Shown here one piece after another: positions 54,492 to 64,000 of a stretch of 64,000 bases of DNA. The notes below the pieces were generated by a model. It saw only the letters and a list, made by a program, of their open reading frames with translations. It did not search any database and was not told the DNA's origin. A program made the translations under genes and the position numbers. Within the stretch, counting starts at the first letter, position 1; each line of letters begins with the position of its first letter. Source of the stretch: Chloroflexota bacterium (GTDB lineage Bacteria; Chloroflexota; Dehalococcoidia; DSTF01; RBG-16-68-14); contig QIFC01000096.1 in assembly GCA_003228685.1 (NCBI GenBank), positions 49,309 to 113,308 on the forward strand, given 5' to 3'.

Positions 54492-56930
54492 ATGGGGACG
54501 ATTATTTCGCGGTGGCCGCTCGTCGCCTCGGCGGCGCTCTCGCTGGCGCTCGCCTTCCAGCTGATCGGCTCGGACCAAGCGAGCGCCCACGCAGTGCTGG
54601 AGCGCTCCTTTCCGTTGCAGAGCCAGCAGCTTCAGGAGCCTCCGGAGCTTGTCGAGACATGGTACAGCGAACCCCTGGAGCGTTCGCTGACCACGCTACA
54701 GGTGCTGGATACACGGGGAGACCCCGTCCACATCGGCGAGACGCTGTTCTCAAGCGATGACGATCGCTACGCGGCGATCGCGTTGCCGGCCGGCCTCGAA
54801 CCGGGCATCTACACGCTCACGTTCGAGAACGTTTCCACCGTGGACGCCCATGTGTGGAGCGGCTTCTTCTCGTTCATCATCCTTAACGCGGATGGCTCTG
54901 TGCCGGCAGGCGAGGCGGTCATCCCCAAGGGGCTGGCGGGTCAGACCGGCTTCCTCCCCGACAACTTTGATAGCGCCTTTCGCTGGCTGGGCCTGCTGGC
55001 GACGGTCGCGCTCGCCGGCGGGCTATTCTTCGCCCTGTTGGTGGCCCGTCCGGCAGCCGGCTTCTTAGAGGACGACCGCAGGCGCGTCGCTCAGACATTG
55101 GTGACGCGGAACATCGCAATGACGGTCGTTGTGGCGGCTGTCATCGTCGTCGTGACCACGGCCGGCCAAGCGCTGTGGTTCGCCGACCGGGTCGGTGGCC
55201 TAAATGACCTGAGCGGCATCCTGTTCGACACGCGGTTGGGAGAGTTGTGGGTGGTGCGAATCGGATTGACGCTGGCGCTCTTGCTGCTCTACCTGCCCGC
55301 CGTCCTGAGCGAGGACTATCGAGGAAGTAGGTCCGCCGCTCTCAGCCTGATTCCGGCCGCGATCGGCGGCCTGGGGTTGATCATGACGTACGTACTCGGC
55401 AGCCACTCAGCCGCGGGCGGCGGCCAGTTCTGGCGCATCGCCTCGGACTGGACGCACTTCGTCGCGACGGCGGCCTGGCTCGGGGCGCTCGTCCAGTTGC
55501 CGTTCGTGTTCTGGGCGGCGCGACGCCGGCTCGATGGGCCGTCGCAGGTACTGTACCTGGCGAATGTGATGGACCGTTTCTCCTGGCTGTCGGTTATCAG
55601 TGTCACGATCCTGCTGGGCACGGGCGTCTTCAATGGCTTCGTCCAGCTCCAAACGTTTGAGGCGCTCCACGAGACCAGCTATGGCCGCGTGCTGATCGCC
55701 AAGCTCGCGCTCATCATGCCCCTGCTGGCGATGGCGGCGTACAACGCCCGGTTCCTCAAGCCCGCACTCGTCGAAGCCGTCGATGCGCTTCATGACGAGG
55801 ATCCGGAGCACCGCGTTACGGGCGATGAGCGTCGCAAGATGAAATCGCGGGTACAGCGCCTCCAGCGACTGCTGCCGCGAATGGCCATCGCTGAATTCCT
55901 CCTAGGCGCCGCCGTTCTCGCTAGCGTGGCGGTGCTGGCGCAGAGCACGACCGCGGACGGCGAGCTTCGCCTCGATGCGAGCCGGCCATCTGGAGACTAT
56001 TTGGCCGTCGGTAACTCGCGAGACCTGGACACAGAGTTGCTGGTCGAGCCGTTTGGGATCGGGGTAAACACCTTCACGGTCGCTATGACGCCGTTCGACG
56101 GTGACGAGCTGGGCGAGGTGCTCGGTGTGCGGCTGACCGCGACGTTCCGGAACCCGGACGCCGCGCCTAGTGCGGGTGTCACCGGCGTAAACCAGGAGCT
56201 TGAGCCAACCAGAGTGCCGGGCGTCTGGGCTGCGGAGGCCGTCTTGCTGACGCAGCCCGGCGATTGGAGCGTCGAGGCGCGCATCCAGCGGCGCGAGATG
56301 GACGACACGAACGCCATCTTCACCGTGCAGGGTGTTGGCGGATTCTTGGCGCGCCCGCCTGGCCCCGAGGACTTGTTCGACTTGCCGTTCACGTTCGTTG
56401 ACTGGAACATCGTCGCCGGCGGCGCCATGCTCGTGCTCGGCCTGGGCACGTTCCTCATCTGGCAGAACCGCCCGCCAAGCTGGCGGCGTGGCACGGCGAC
56501 GTCCGTTGGTCTCTCAGGCGCCTTCGCGATGGTGGCAGGCGCTGTCCTGTTGTTCGGCGTCCACGCGCATCAGGGTGTGGTCGGCAGCACGAGTCCGGTG
56601 CCGGCGACAGCCGAATCGTACCGTATCGGCGAGGAAATCTTTGTGAACACGTGCGCGGCTTGTCATGGCATCGAGGGCGAGGGTGATGGGCCTGGTGCCG
56701 GAGCGCTGCCGTACGCGCCGCCTCGCCTAGGCGACCACGTGCCATTCCACGGCGATGGCACGGTGTTCGGCTGGGTCAGCAACGGACTGCCCGACGATGC
56801 CGAGGTCAAGATCATGCCCGCCTTCAAATCGCAACTCACTGAGGAGGAGCGCTGGCACATTGTGAACTACCTGCGAGCCACGTGGACATTCGGTAATTAC
56901 GAGCCGGTGCTACCCGAAGACCTCCAATAA
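54492..56930 (+). CDS. CopC-CopD-Ig-like-cytochrome c fusion protein
   Basis: HAVLERSFP...FENVSTVDAH (CopC); GSHSAA, H..A.AAWLG, YGRVLIAKL (CopD); CAACH...MPAF (cytochrome c). Confidence 0.88.
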   Translation: MGTIISRWPLVASAALSLALAFQLIGSDQASAHAVLERSFPLQSQQLQEPPELVETWYSEPLERSLTTLQVLDTRGDPVHIGETLFSSDDDRYAAIALPAGLEPGIYTLTFENVSTVDAHVWSGFFSFIILNADGSVPAGEAVIPKGLAGQTGFLPDNFDSAFRWLGLLATVALAGGLFFALLVARPAAGFLEDDRRRVAQTLVTRNIAMTVVVAAVIVVVTTAGQALWFADRVGGLNDLSGILFDTRLGELWVVRIGLTLALLLLYLPAVLSEDYRGSRSAALSLIPAAIGGLGLIMTYVLGSHSAAGGGQFWRIASDWTHFVATAAWLGALVQLPFVFWAARRRLDGPSQVLYLANVMDRFSWLSVISVTILLGTGVFNGFVQLQTFEALHETSYGRVLIAKLALIMPLLAMAAYNARFLKPALVEAVDALHDEDPEHRVTGDERRKMKSRVQRLQRLLPRMAIAEFLLGAAVLASVAVLAQSTTADGELRLDASRPSGDYLAVGNSRDLDTELLVEPFGIGVNTFTVAMTPFDGDELGEVLGVRLTATFRNPDAAPSAGVTGVNQELEPTRVPGVWAAEAVLLTQPGDWSVEARIQRREMDDTNAIFTVQGVGGFLARPPGPEDLFDLPFTFVDWNIVAGGAMLVLGLGTFLIWQNRPPSWRRGTATSVGLSGAFAMVAGAVLLFGVHAHQGVVGSTSPVPATAESYRIGEEIFVNTCAACHGIEGEGDGPGAGALPYAPPRLGDHVPFHGDGTVFGWVSNGLPDDAEVKIMPAFKSQLTEEERWHIVNYLRATWTFGNYEPVLPEDLQ

Positions 56931-56996
56931 AAGGAAGAAACGGCCGATATGGAGGCGGCGCGCCAGTCGGCGCGCTAGACGCTGCTGCGGTCGCCG

Positions 56997-58034
56997 CTAG
57001 GCGGCGCGTCTGTAGATTGCCGCCCCGGCCATCCGCAGCGCCCACGAGGGCGCGAAGCGCACGAAGAGCGCCATCAGTTGCTGGCCCGGCGGCGTCTGCC
57101 CGGTGCTCCACGATCCTGTTTGATCGGCCGGATAGTAGTAGTAGGGTAGGGGCTCCTCGCGGCTGCCCCAACTCAGCTTGTAACTCCGCAGGCCCTCTTG
57201 CTCGGGTTCGGACCTCCCAAGGTTGATCTCCCTGTAGCCGTCCGCCACGCCCAGCTCGATGGTCGCCATTTGCAGAAGGTTGTTGGGGCCCAACGTCTGA
57301 TAGCGGCTATCCGACGCGTTAAACTTGCCAACGAGCCTGGTCCCGTATCCGAGCACGATATCCGCCGCGATGGCCCGGCCTTCGTACTCGCAGAGCAGCA
57401 GCACCCCACCGCCACTGGAGATCACGTGGCGGTGGATGTTCTCGAAGAATCGCCACGGCTGTGGGATCAGACCGTGCTTCCTGCGTGTGTGCATGTTCAG
57501 ATCGTAGAAACGCTCCATGTTTGACAGCGTGTGGCCGGCTCTCACGGTGAGGCCGTTTCGCTTAGCCTTGCGGATAGTCCGCAGCACGCTTTTGCGGCAA
57601 CGCGCCTCCAGTTCCTCCATGTCGCCATCGAGATCTATCACGTGCTGCAAGAACGCGTCGGTTTTTGTGAACCCTTGCGATTCCAGGTCCAGCGCAGATG
57701 TACCGCGCAGTTCCAGCGCGCTGTCCCCGTTGCTGGTCGTGCGTTTCAGCTCCTCAACGAGGGCTCTGCCGTCCTCGGAGTCCTGTAGCAGCGGCGGGCA
57801 ATAATCGCTGAACGGCGCGCCCACGAGGCGTGAGCCGTTGACCGCGAACAACGGAATACCGCCCACGATCTTGCCGTTCGTGTTGCGCGCCACCATGTAG
57901 CGCGGCTGGAAGTCGTACGTGTCGCGGAGGACCTTCGCCCAGGCGCCCGTATGGAACGGCGTAGTTTCGGGCATCTCGTGAATAAACGCTTCCCAGACGG
58001 GTTCGCGGGTCGGGTCAACGGTATCGAACTGCAT
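56997..58034 (-). CDS. GNAT-family acetyltransferase (FemAB/CelD-like), polysaccharide modification
   Basis: Start MQFDT at 58034; PFHTGAW, PFSDY, RTIRKA, GPNNLL, NLGRS, YKLSWG. Confidence 0.85.
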   Translation of the reverse strand: MQFDTVDPTREPVWEAFIHEMPETTPFHTGAWAKVLRDTYDFQPRYMVARNTNGKIVGGIPLFAVNGSRLVGAPFSDYCPPLLQDSEDGRALVEELKRTTSNGDSALELRGTSALDLESQGFTKTDAFLQHVIDLDGDMEELEARCRKSVLRTIRKAKRNGLTVRAGHTLSNMERFYDLNMHTRRKHGLIPQPWRFFENIHRHVISSGGGVLLLCEYEGRAIAADIVLGYGTRLVGKFNASDSRYQTLGPNNLLQMATIELGVADGYREINLGRSEPEQEGLRSYKLSWGSREEPLPYYYYPADQTGSWSTGQTPPGQQLMALFVRFAPSWALRMAGAAIYRRAA

Positions 58035-58036
58035 GG

Positions 58037-59332
58037 CTAGACCTCCAGAGGACGCCGAATGAAGTCTACGAGTGTCATCGAATCGACATCGCCGGTAAGC
58101 GACATCGCGCAGCGGGCGCCCTGCGGCCAGCGCCAAATGCGCACCAAGGGTGCGTCCGAAGCATCGATCACCGCCAGGACGGCGCGCTTGTCGGTGTCCT
58201 CGAACGTCCGCCAGCCACCGAGGTGTAGCGAGCAATCGCTCCCGCCTCGCTGGACCACGTAGCCCTCGGCCACCAAGAACTGCAGCAGCGTCGGCGAGGC
58301 GTCCTCGTCGACCGAGATGGCGGGGCGCTTCGGTGCCCTGATCGAAAAGTGGCTGCTGCGGGCCATCTGGTAGTCGCCGAACCACGGTCTCAGCGCGGCG
58401 CCGCCGTCGACGCCTCGCGCGACGACGGCGACGTCTGGATCGTCGGGCGCGATGACTCGGTACGTGCCTTCAGCGGTCAGGTCGATCTGCAATCGGTACC
58501 CTGCTCGCCGGTGCCACCAGGCGCTGATCTCGGCCAGAGACGCCAGCCAAACGTGAGGCTGACGGTCCTGCGTGTGAGTGAGCACGGCTTCCAGCGCCGA
58601 CCTGCACAGCGCCAGCCGTTCGTGGTGCAGGATCAGCACGAACATCTCGCCCAGTGCGTGCACCTCGTCCAGGATGTCGCGCCAGATCTGCTCACGACGC
58701 TGGGGTGTCGTGCGCAGCCGGTCGACCAGCGCTTCGTCGTCCGGGAGCGAGGCGGGCAGATCGAGCAGCCCGTTCACGAACGATGGCAGGCTAACCATCG
58801 AAGCGGCTTCGGCGCTGCCGTAGAGGCTAAGGCCTTTGCGGTACGCCTCCAGTGCTCGCGGGCTGATGCCGTCATCTGCCGGGACAACGTCCCAAGCGAC
58901 GGTGCGGTTGCTGCCGTACTGAAGCCCCAGCTCCTTCGCGGTGGTGACGCTGTCTTCGTTCCAACGCACGTACGGGCAGCGGAAGCCTTCGACCGGAATG
59001 CCCCGCTGCGCGAACGCCGCCAGCCCGCGCTCGATGTGTGCGCGCTGTTCGTCCGCGTCCAGCGCGCGATAGTCCGTATGTACCCAGCCGTGGATCGCGA
59101 GTTCGGCGCCGCGTTGCGACAGACGCTCGAACACACTTGGGTGCCGTTCGATCAGGTTCGCCGTGACCGCGAGCGTGGGGGTGGTCCCGTACGCGTTCGC
59201 GATGTCAACGTAGCCGTTGAGTGCGCGGTCCATCTTCGCGGTCGACACGCCGAAGCGCGTCGCGATCGTCGGGAGGCGTTGCATGCTGTTCACCAGACCG
59301 CGCGATTTCAGCAAGTAGGCGATGAGGTTCAT
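58037..59332 (-). CDS. Polysaccharide deacetylase (CE4/NodB), apparently circularly permuted
   Basis: ELAIHGWVH, GFRCPY, LILHHE; motif-1-like WPQGARCAMSLTGDVD at the C-terminus. Confidence 0.8.
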   Translation of the reverse strand: MNLIAYLLKSRGLVNSMQRLPTIATRFGVSTAKMDRALNGYVDIANAYGTTPTLAVTANLIERHPSVFERLSQRGAELAIHGWVHTDYRALDADEQRAHIERGLAAFAQRGIPVEGFRCPYVRWNEDSVTTAKELGLQYGSNRTVAWDVVPADDGISPRALEAYRKGLSLYGSAEAASMVSLPSFVNGLLDLPASLPDDEALVDRLRTTPQRREQIWRDILDEVHALGEMFVLILHHERLALCRSALEAVLTHTQDRQPHVWLASLAEISAWWHRRAGYRLQIDLTAEGTYRVIAPDDPDVAVVARGVDGGAALRPWFGDYQMARSSHFSIRAPKRPAISVDEDASPTLLQFLVAEGYVVQRGGSDCSLHLGGWRTFEDTDKRAVLAVIDASDAPLVRIWRWPQGARCAMSLTGDVDSMTLVDFIRRPLEV

Positions 59333-60522
59333 GCTAGATCTCCCTTCGGCTCCGCGGCGGCCGTATGGATGCCCACAAGCTCTTCATGAACGCCGATGTA
59401 CTTTCGGCGAGCGTTCTCCCAACGGAAGCGGTCGTAGACTTCGTGCGCGGTTTGGGCCATTCGTTTTCCTCTGGCCGGGTCGTCGTACAGTTCAAGGATG
59501 CGCCGCGCCAGGTCGACTTCGTCGTCCGGCGTGAAGTAGGCGATGGCGTTGTCATCGAAAAGAGGGGTCAGGGACGGGCTAAGTGACGAGACGACCGGGC
59601 ACTTCATCGCGATGTATTCGAAGAGCTTGTTGGGCAGGATTGACATGATCAGCATCGGCGTCACACCGATGTCCGCACGCGCGATCATCTCAGGTACGAG
59701 CTTGTGCGGGATAGAGTCGAGGAAACGTACGTGGTCCGTCACTCCTAGTTTGGCCGCAATCTGTTCGAGTTCATCGCGATATTCGCCGTCGCCAAGGATC
59801 GTCACCTCCAGCTCGGGGATACGGTCGGTCAAGTGCGGGACCGCGCGGATCAGCGTCTGGATGCCATACCGCTTGAGGATGCTGCCGTGCGTGATCACTC
59901 GGAACACGCTGTCCGGTTCGCACGCATTGGTGCCTAGTCTGAAGACTGACTCCTGAGGCACGTTCATCACAACCGTTGGTTCTGATCGAGGGCGGCTGCG
60001 TTCCACAACTTGGTCGCGTTGGTAGGGGCTGACCGTGATCACGCGGTGCGCGAAACGCACGCTGATGCCTTCGGCCCAGCGCAGGAGTCGGATAAGGGTC
60101 CTGTCGTCGCCAATCCCATAGTTGTTGCCGGTCTGTTCCGGCGTCATCTCGAACATGAAGAAAATGATCTTGGAACCGAGCAGTTTTGCCGGCAAGGCGG
60201 CAAAGACGATCAGGTCCGGCACGTTGTAAAGCTCGACGATGTCGTAACGATGCCTGATGCTCCGAACGGCCAGCAGCGAGAACGCCATCAGGATGAAGGC
60301 TCCGTATTCGAACATGTAGCGATATTGCGATGTGCGCTTGTGTTCGATCGGAAGCCGCGTGACGGTGCCGCCGCGATACTCTTCGCGCGCCGCCTCGCCG
60401 GGCGCTCTTAGGCAGATCACGTCGACGTGGAAGCCGGCGTCGGTTAGCGCGTCGACGTTCTTCCGGACGTGATCTTCTTCGGGAAAGTAGTTCTGTCGGA
60501 CGATGCAGACACGCTTCGCCAT
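59329..60522 (-). CDS. Glycosyltransferase family 4
   Basis: GSILKRYG, ILGDG, PNKLFEYIAM..PVV. Confidence 0.92.
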   Translation of the reverse strand: MAKRVCIVRQNYFPEEDHVRKNVDALTDAGFHVDVICLRAPGEAAREEYRGGTVTRLPIEHKRTSQYRYMFEYGAFILMAFSLLAVRSIRHRYDIVELYNVPDLIVFAALPAKLLGSKIIFFMFEMTPEQTGNNYGIGDDRTLIRLLRWAEGISVRFAHRVITVSPYQRDQVVERSRPRSEPTVVMNVPQESVFRLGTNACEPDSVFRVITHGSILKRYGIQTLIRAVPHLTDRIPELEVTILGDGEYRDELEQIAAKLGVTDHVRFLDSIPHKLVPEMIARADIGVTPMLIMSILPNKLFEYIAMKCPVVSSLSPSLTPLFDDNAIAYFTPDDEVDLARRILELYDDPARGKRMAQTAHEVYDRFRWENARRKYIGVHEELVGIHTAAAEPKGDLA

Positions 60523-61505
60523 TACTCCTCCGAACCTCTCGTGGCCGGCGAGAGCGCCGCGTGTTCGCGCCCGCTAGCGGAGAGCGTTTGCTCGTAGAGA
60601 TCGATGATGCGCTGGCTGACGGTGTCCAGCGCCAGGTGCCCTACGGCTTCCCGCCCCTTCGTGCGGCGGCCGAACGCCAAGGCGGACTGGAGCTTGCTCG
60701 CGATGTCGGCCGGCTCCATCTTGCAGAGGTAGCACCCGGCCGTGCGGCCGATGATCTCGCGCACGTCGCCCACGTCCGTGGCGACCACGGGAACATTGCA
60801 CGCCATCGCCTCTTTGACCACGTTTGGCGAGCCCTCCGCCTCGGACGTCAGCACCAGTGCATCGCAGGCGTTCATGTAATCGGGGACGTTGGCGTGCGGC
60901 ATGCCAGACAACGGTACGAGTTCCGCTTCGGGCAGGCGCTCCTGGAGGATGGACATCGCGGCTGAAGCCAGGCCGTAGCGCTTTTCTCCCCGGCGTTCGC
61001 CCGCCCAGAGGACGAGCTGTTTGTCGGCGGGCAGTCCGAGCTGTGTGCGGCAGTCCTGTTTGTCGCGCGGCCGGAACAGCTCCATGTTGATGCCTCCGGG
61101 GATGATGTGCGCGTCCCTGACGCCCAGCCGCGTCCGCATTTCATCTGTCCGCACGATCACAGTGTCGAACCAGCGCGTGAAGAGGCGGCACAGGTACTTC
61201 TCCCACGTCATGAAGACCTCCGGGCCGTGGTGCGTGATAACGACGGGGTAGCGCGTCTGGGCGCGGGCGATCAGCCCGCCGAAGATGTAGTGGCCGTGAA
61301 CGAGGTCATACTCGCGTTCACCCAGGCGTTGCCAAAGTTGGCGATAGCCGCGCAAGTAGTTCAGTTTGCTGGCCTGGCCGTCGATGAACAGGACGTCAAC
61401 ATCGACGCCCAGGCTCCGCAGCGACTCGGTCTCTTGCCGGACGAAGATGCCGAAGTGAGGACGGTCCTCCGTCGGGTACATGTTGGTGACCTTGAGCACT
61501 CTCAT
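60522..61505 (-). CDS. Glycosyltransferase family 4
   Basis: EGSPNVVKEAMAC.VPVVATDVG. Confidence 0.92.
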   Translation of the reverse strand: MRVLKVTNMYPTEDRPHFGIFVRQETESLRSLGVDVDVLFIDGQASKLNYLRGYRQLWQRLGEREYDLVHGHYIFGGLIARAQTRYPVVITHHGPEVFMTWEKYLCRLFTRWFDTVIVRTDEMRTRLGVRDAHIIPGGINMELFRPRDKQDCRTQLGLPADKQLVLWAGERRGEKRYGLASAAMSILQERLPEAELVPLSGMPHANVPDYMNACDALVLTSEAEGSPNVVKEAMACNVPVVATDVGDVREIIGRTAGCYLCKMEPADIASKLQSALAFGRRTKGREAVGHLALDTVSQRIIDLYEQTLSASGREHAALSPATRGSEE

Positions 61506-62500
61506 GAGCGAGCCTCCTTCACTGGTGCTAACGTCGATGCACTGCCGTTGGTTTCGGCCGGTCTAGCGATGATCAACAGGCCGCCCTCGAAGCTGCGCCG
61601 CAGCCGCGGGATCGGTCGCAAGAGCCTAAAGCCGGTGCTGAGTAGCGTTTCAATGAAGGGCCGCGCCATCACACGCAGCTTCGGCCAGCGCCAGAGCACG
61701 GAGCTGACGAAATCGTGGAGCTTGGGCGGCAGAAAGAGCTGGGGCAGTCCTTTCGCCTTCTTTGAAATCTCGACGCGAGCGAAGCCGGCCCGCGCGAGCG
61801 CTCGCACGAGCGCCTTCTCCGACCACCAGCCCCAACACCGCGGCGGGAAGTTGTTGATGTTAGCCGTCTCCTTCGTTGGCGCGCGGTTGTAAGCGATGAT
61901 CAGCGGCGCATGCCAGCGCGTCCGGATCGTGCTCAGGAACGCCACGGGGTCCTGGATGTGGTGGATCACGAAGAAGCTGACGATGACGGCCGGGTTGGCC
62001 CATCCCTCTGGGACCGTGTCGATCGTGCCGCACCAGGCCTGGAAGCCTTCGCGTTGGGCCGCCTCGACCACGGGCTTGGCGACATCGACGCCAACCGCGT
62101 TGTAGCCGCGTTCGCGCAGCGCTCGCAGGAATGCTCCCAGCCCGCAGCCGACCTCCATGACGGTCGCGCCCTTGGGCACGTTCGCTTCGATCCAGGCGAG
62201 CGTGTCGTGGTGGGCCGGCGACCACAGGCCGAACGACTCGTGCTCCACGACGATGTCGCGTCGGCTGATCCTGCGCGCGTAGTCGTCCATCTGTGTGCGG
62301 GTCTCATGGCCTGCGTAGGCCTGCGAATAGACCTGGACCGGGTCGATGTCCTCGACGGGCCAAGCGAACACGAAGTCGCACTCCCTGCATCGTCTCATCT
62401 CACCGTCACCCGACGCCCAAGGCAGCAGAGGCTCGCCGTTGCTTCCGCAGATGTGGCACATTGGTTGTGCAATGACCATGCGATCAGTCTCCCTTCGCAA
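61502..62500 (-). CDS. Class I SAM-dependent methyltransferase with N-terminal CxxC...CxxC
   Basis: CHIC...CREC; MEVGCGLG; HHIQDP; start uncertain. Confidence 0.85.
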   Translation of the reverse strand: MRRETDRMVIAQPMCHICGSNGEPLLPWASGDGEMRRCRECDFVFAWPVEDIDPVQVYSQAYAGHETRTQMDDYARRISRRDIVVEHESFGLWSPAHHDTLAWIEANVPKGATVMEVGCGLGAFLRALRERGYNAVGVDVAKPVVEAAQREGFQAWCGTIDTVPEGWANPAVIVSFFVIHHIQDPVAFLSTIRTRWHAPLIIAYNRAPTKETANINNFPPRCWGWWSEKALVRALARAGFARVEISKKAKGLPQLFLPPKLHDFVSSVLWRWPKLRVMARPFIETLLSTGFRLLRPIPRLRRSFEGGLLIIARPAETNGSASTLAPVKEARS

Positions 62501-63911
62501 CGGGCGCCGGTTGGTCCGCCGGTTCGCGTTCGGCGAGCTTAGTCAGAGCCAGCGACACCCCCGCCAGAATCCAGAACGACAACGCGCTGGTGAATAAGTT
62601 GTGGAACGATGAATTGACGGCAAACGCGACGAGTGCACCGAAGCAGCCCAGCGCGATCCCCTTCATCAACGGGTCTCGGAACCGCCCGAGCGCATGCAGC
62701 AAGTTCCGAGCGATGAACAACATCATCAACACGTAAAGCACCAGGCCGCCCGTTCCGAACGATACCCAGGCGTTGAGGAAATCGTTGTGTGGGCTCTCTT
62801 TCCCTAGAATCGTTCCTGCGCCCTGCCGGTCGAGTGTCGCCTTGGCGATGGTGTTCGCGTAGCTAGGCGAAAGTTCCTTGAATTGGTCGTATCCAACCCC
62901 CAGGACGGGGTGATCCATCGCCATGTTGAGCGCCGCCGTCCAGAGCACCGGCCGCGCGGCCGCGCTGCCCTCGCTGTCCGGCCCCGCCGTATAGCGGCTA
63001 CCCGACTGATCGGCCCAGAACAGGAACCCTCCAGCGACCAACAGCAAGAGCAGGATCAGTTCCCCCCCGGTGCGGCCTCTCAGGAGCAGCGCCATGGCTA
63101 TGAGCGCGGCCGCCGCGCTGAACACCCAGGAGCGTGTCTCGGTGAAGAAGAGCGCGCCGCCCATCGTGAGCACGGCGGCGAGCAACAGGAAGCCGGAAAC
63201 TCTGCTTGGAGCGCCTCGCATCAGCAGCACACCCACGACCGGGAAGAGCAGTAGCATCAGATGGTCGGTCAGGAGAATCGGGTTGAGGTCCAGCCCCAGC
63301 GCACGGGATCCCCAGTCGGCGAGGTCCACGTTGACAACAGTGTTGTGCGGGACGGACAGGAACCTTGGCCCGACCACCTGTTGCGCAAGGGCAACAGCGG
63401 CGGACGTAGTCCCGACGATCAGCGCGACAAGCGCCGCCTGCAGGAAGCTGCGCCGGTCCCTGATCACCAACGGGATGATCAGCAAGACCGCGATATCCGG
63501 TGCGTTCGAACGCAACAGAACGGGAACGAGTGCTGCATCGGCCGCTAGGGTGCTCACCACGGCTAGCGACAAGAACAAGCCGGCCGTGATGGTCATCGCG
63601 CGGGCGCGAGGGCCAAGGTCAGCGTCGACAAGCGCATGACCGAGCGCGATCAAGGCCACCGCTGGTAGGATCAGTTCATAGTTGCGGATTGTGAACTCGG
63701 ACAACACCAGGACACCGAGCACCCAGACGGGGTTGCGTAACGCCATCACCAGAAATATCGCCTGGATGCCGAGCACCACCAGCTCCAGCCGTTCAGGCGT
63801 CGTGCCCAGAATTGGGATCGCCAATAGAGGCGCGAGCGGCAGCCAAGGCAGCGAGATGCCCTTGGTGGCGTCGTCGCGCGCCGTCCCCAGTGGGGCAGCG
63901 AACGCGCTCAT
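62484..63911 (-). CDS. O-antigen ligase / Wzy-like polymerase
   Basis: Multi-TM; TETRS, R...W..A, HPVLGVG, PHNDFL. Confidence 0.88.
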   Translation of the reverse strand: MSAFAAPLGTARDDATKGISLPWLPLAPLLAIPILGTTPERLELVVLGIQAIFLVMALRNPVWVLGVLVLSEFTIRNYELILPAVALIALGHALVDADLGPRARAMTITAGLFLSLAVVSTLAADAALVPVLLRSNAPDIAVLLIIPLVIRDRRSFLQAALVALIVGTTSAAVALAQQVVGPRFLSVPHNTVVNVDLADWGSRALGLDLNPILLTDHLMLLLFPVVGVLLMRGAPSRVSGFLLLAAVLTMGGALFFTETRSWVFSAAAALIAMALLLRGRTGGELILLLLLVAGGFLFWADQSGSRYTAGPDSEGSAAARPVLWTAALNMAMDHPVLGVGYDQFKELSPSYANTIAKATLDRQGAGTILGKESPHNDFLNAWVSFGTGGLVLYVLMMLFIARNLLHALGRFRDPLMKGIALGCFGALVAFAVNSSFHNLFTSALSFWILAGVSLALTKLAEREPADQPAPVAKGD

Positions 63912-64000
63912 GTCGCTTCGCCTCTTGCCAGGAGCGTCCGTGCCGTCTGAACGGATGACGAAATGTCAGCTCTGTTAATCACCAGAGTCTCCACCAGCGA
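63908..64000 (-). CDS. 3' end of an upstream gene of the polysaccharide cluster (partial)
   Basis: Open frame SLVETLVINRADISSSVQTARTLLARGEAT* with ATGA overlap onto the next gene. Confidence 0.5.
   Translation of the reverse strand, partial: SLVETLVINRADISSSVQTARTLLARGEAT

Noticed and set aside
854..63978. Numerous long antisense or alternate-frame ORFs in the track (e.g. 854-1678, 15847-16935, 58349-59389)
   Set aside because: Shadow ORFs typical of high-GC DNA, overlapping well-supported genes and lacking motifs

Overview
High-GC bacterial chromosome segment, most likely Chloroflexota (class Dehalococcoidia). This is an inference from the recG-degV-DAK2-rpmB synteny, the F420-type LLM oxidoreductase, DUF3090, and secreted proteins with Pro/Thr linkers and dockerin-like modules. 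Left end (1-9.3 kb): ABC-2 exporter, TetR, a pseudo-receiver OmpR-family regulator, an acyltransferase, REP-like palindromes, a secreted EF-hand-like protein with an unannotated 32-aa membrane peptide, and a GT-C glycosyltransferase. Middle: housekeeping and metabolic genes (recG, fakB/fakA-like, rpmB, rpe, argH, thiolase, gmd, lipB-lipA-lpdA-pdhABC), two HAD paralogs (one interrupted by an in-frame TAG) flanking a small nuclease/repeat-protein insert, a Flp pilin, a GAF/HD-GYP protein, a 4-repeat dockerin surface protein, and an ECF sigma/anti-sigma pair facing a DUF4349 gene with a matching ECF promoter. Right end: a copper operon and the start of an exopolysaccharide cluster that includes an apparently circularly permuted CE4 deacetylase. 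The most notable observation is at 52.9-53.3 kb. A 116-aa secreted His/Cys leader ORF ending in PPTEPPRL has last codons complementary to the Shine-Dalgarno and start codon of the next gene. It is a candidate CutF/CruR-like copper-sensing ribosome-arrest switch controlling a lipoprotein / CopC / CopC-CopD-cytochrome c operon. No rRNA, tRNA, CRISPR array or transposase was recognised. All calls come from reading the sequence; no database searches were run.
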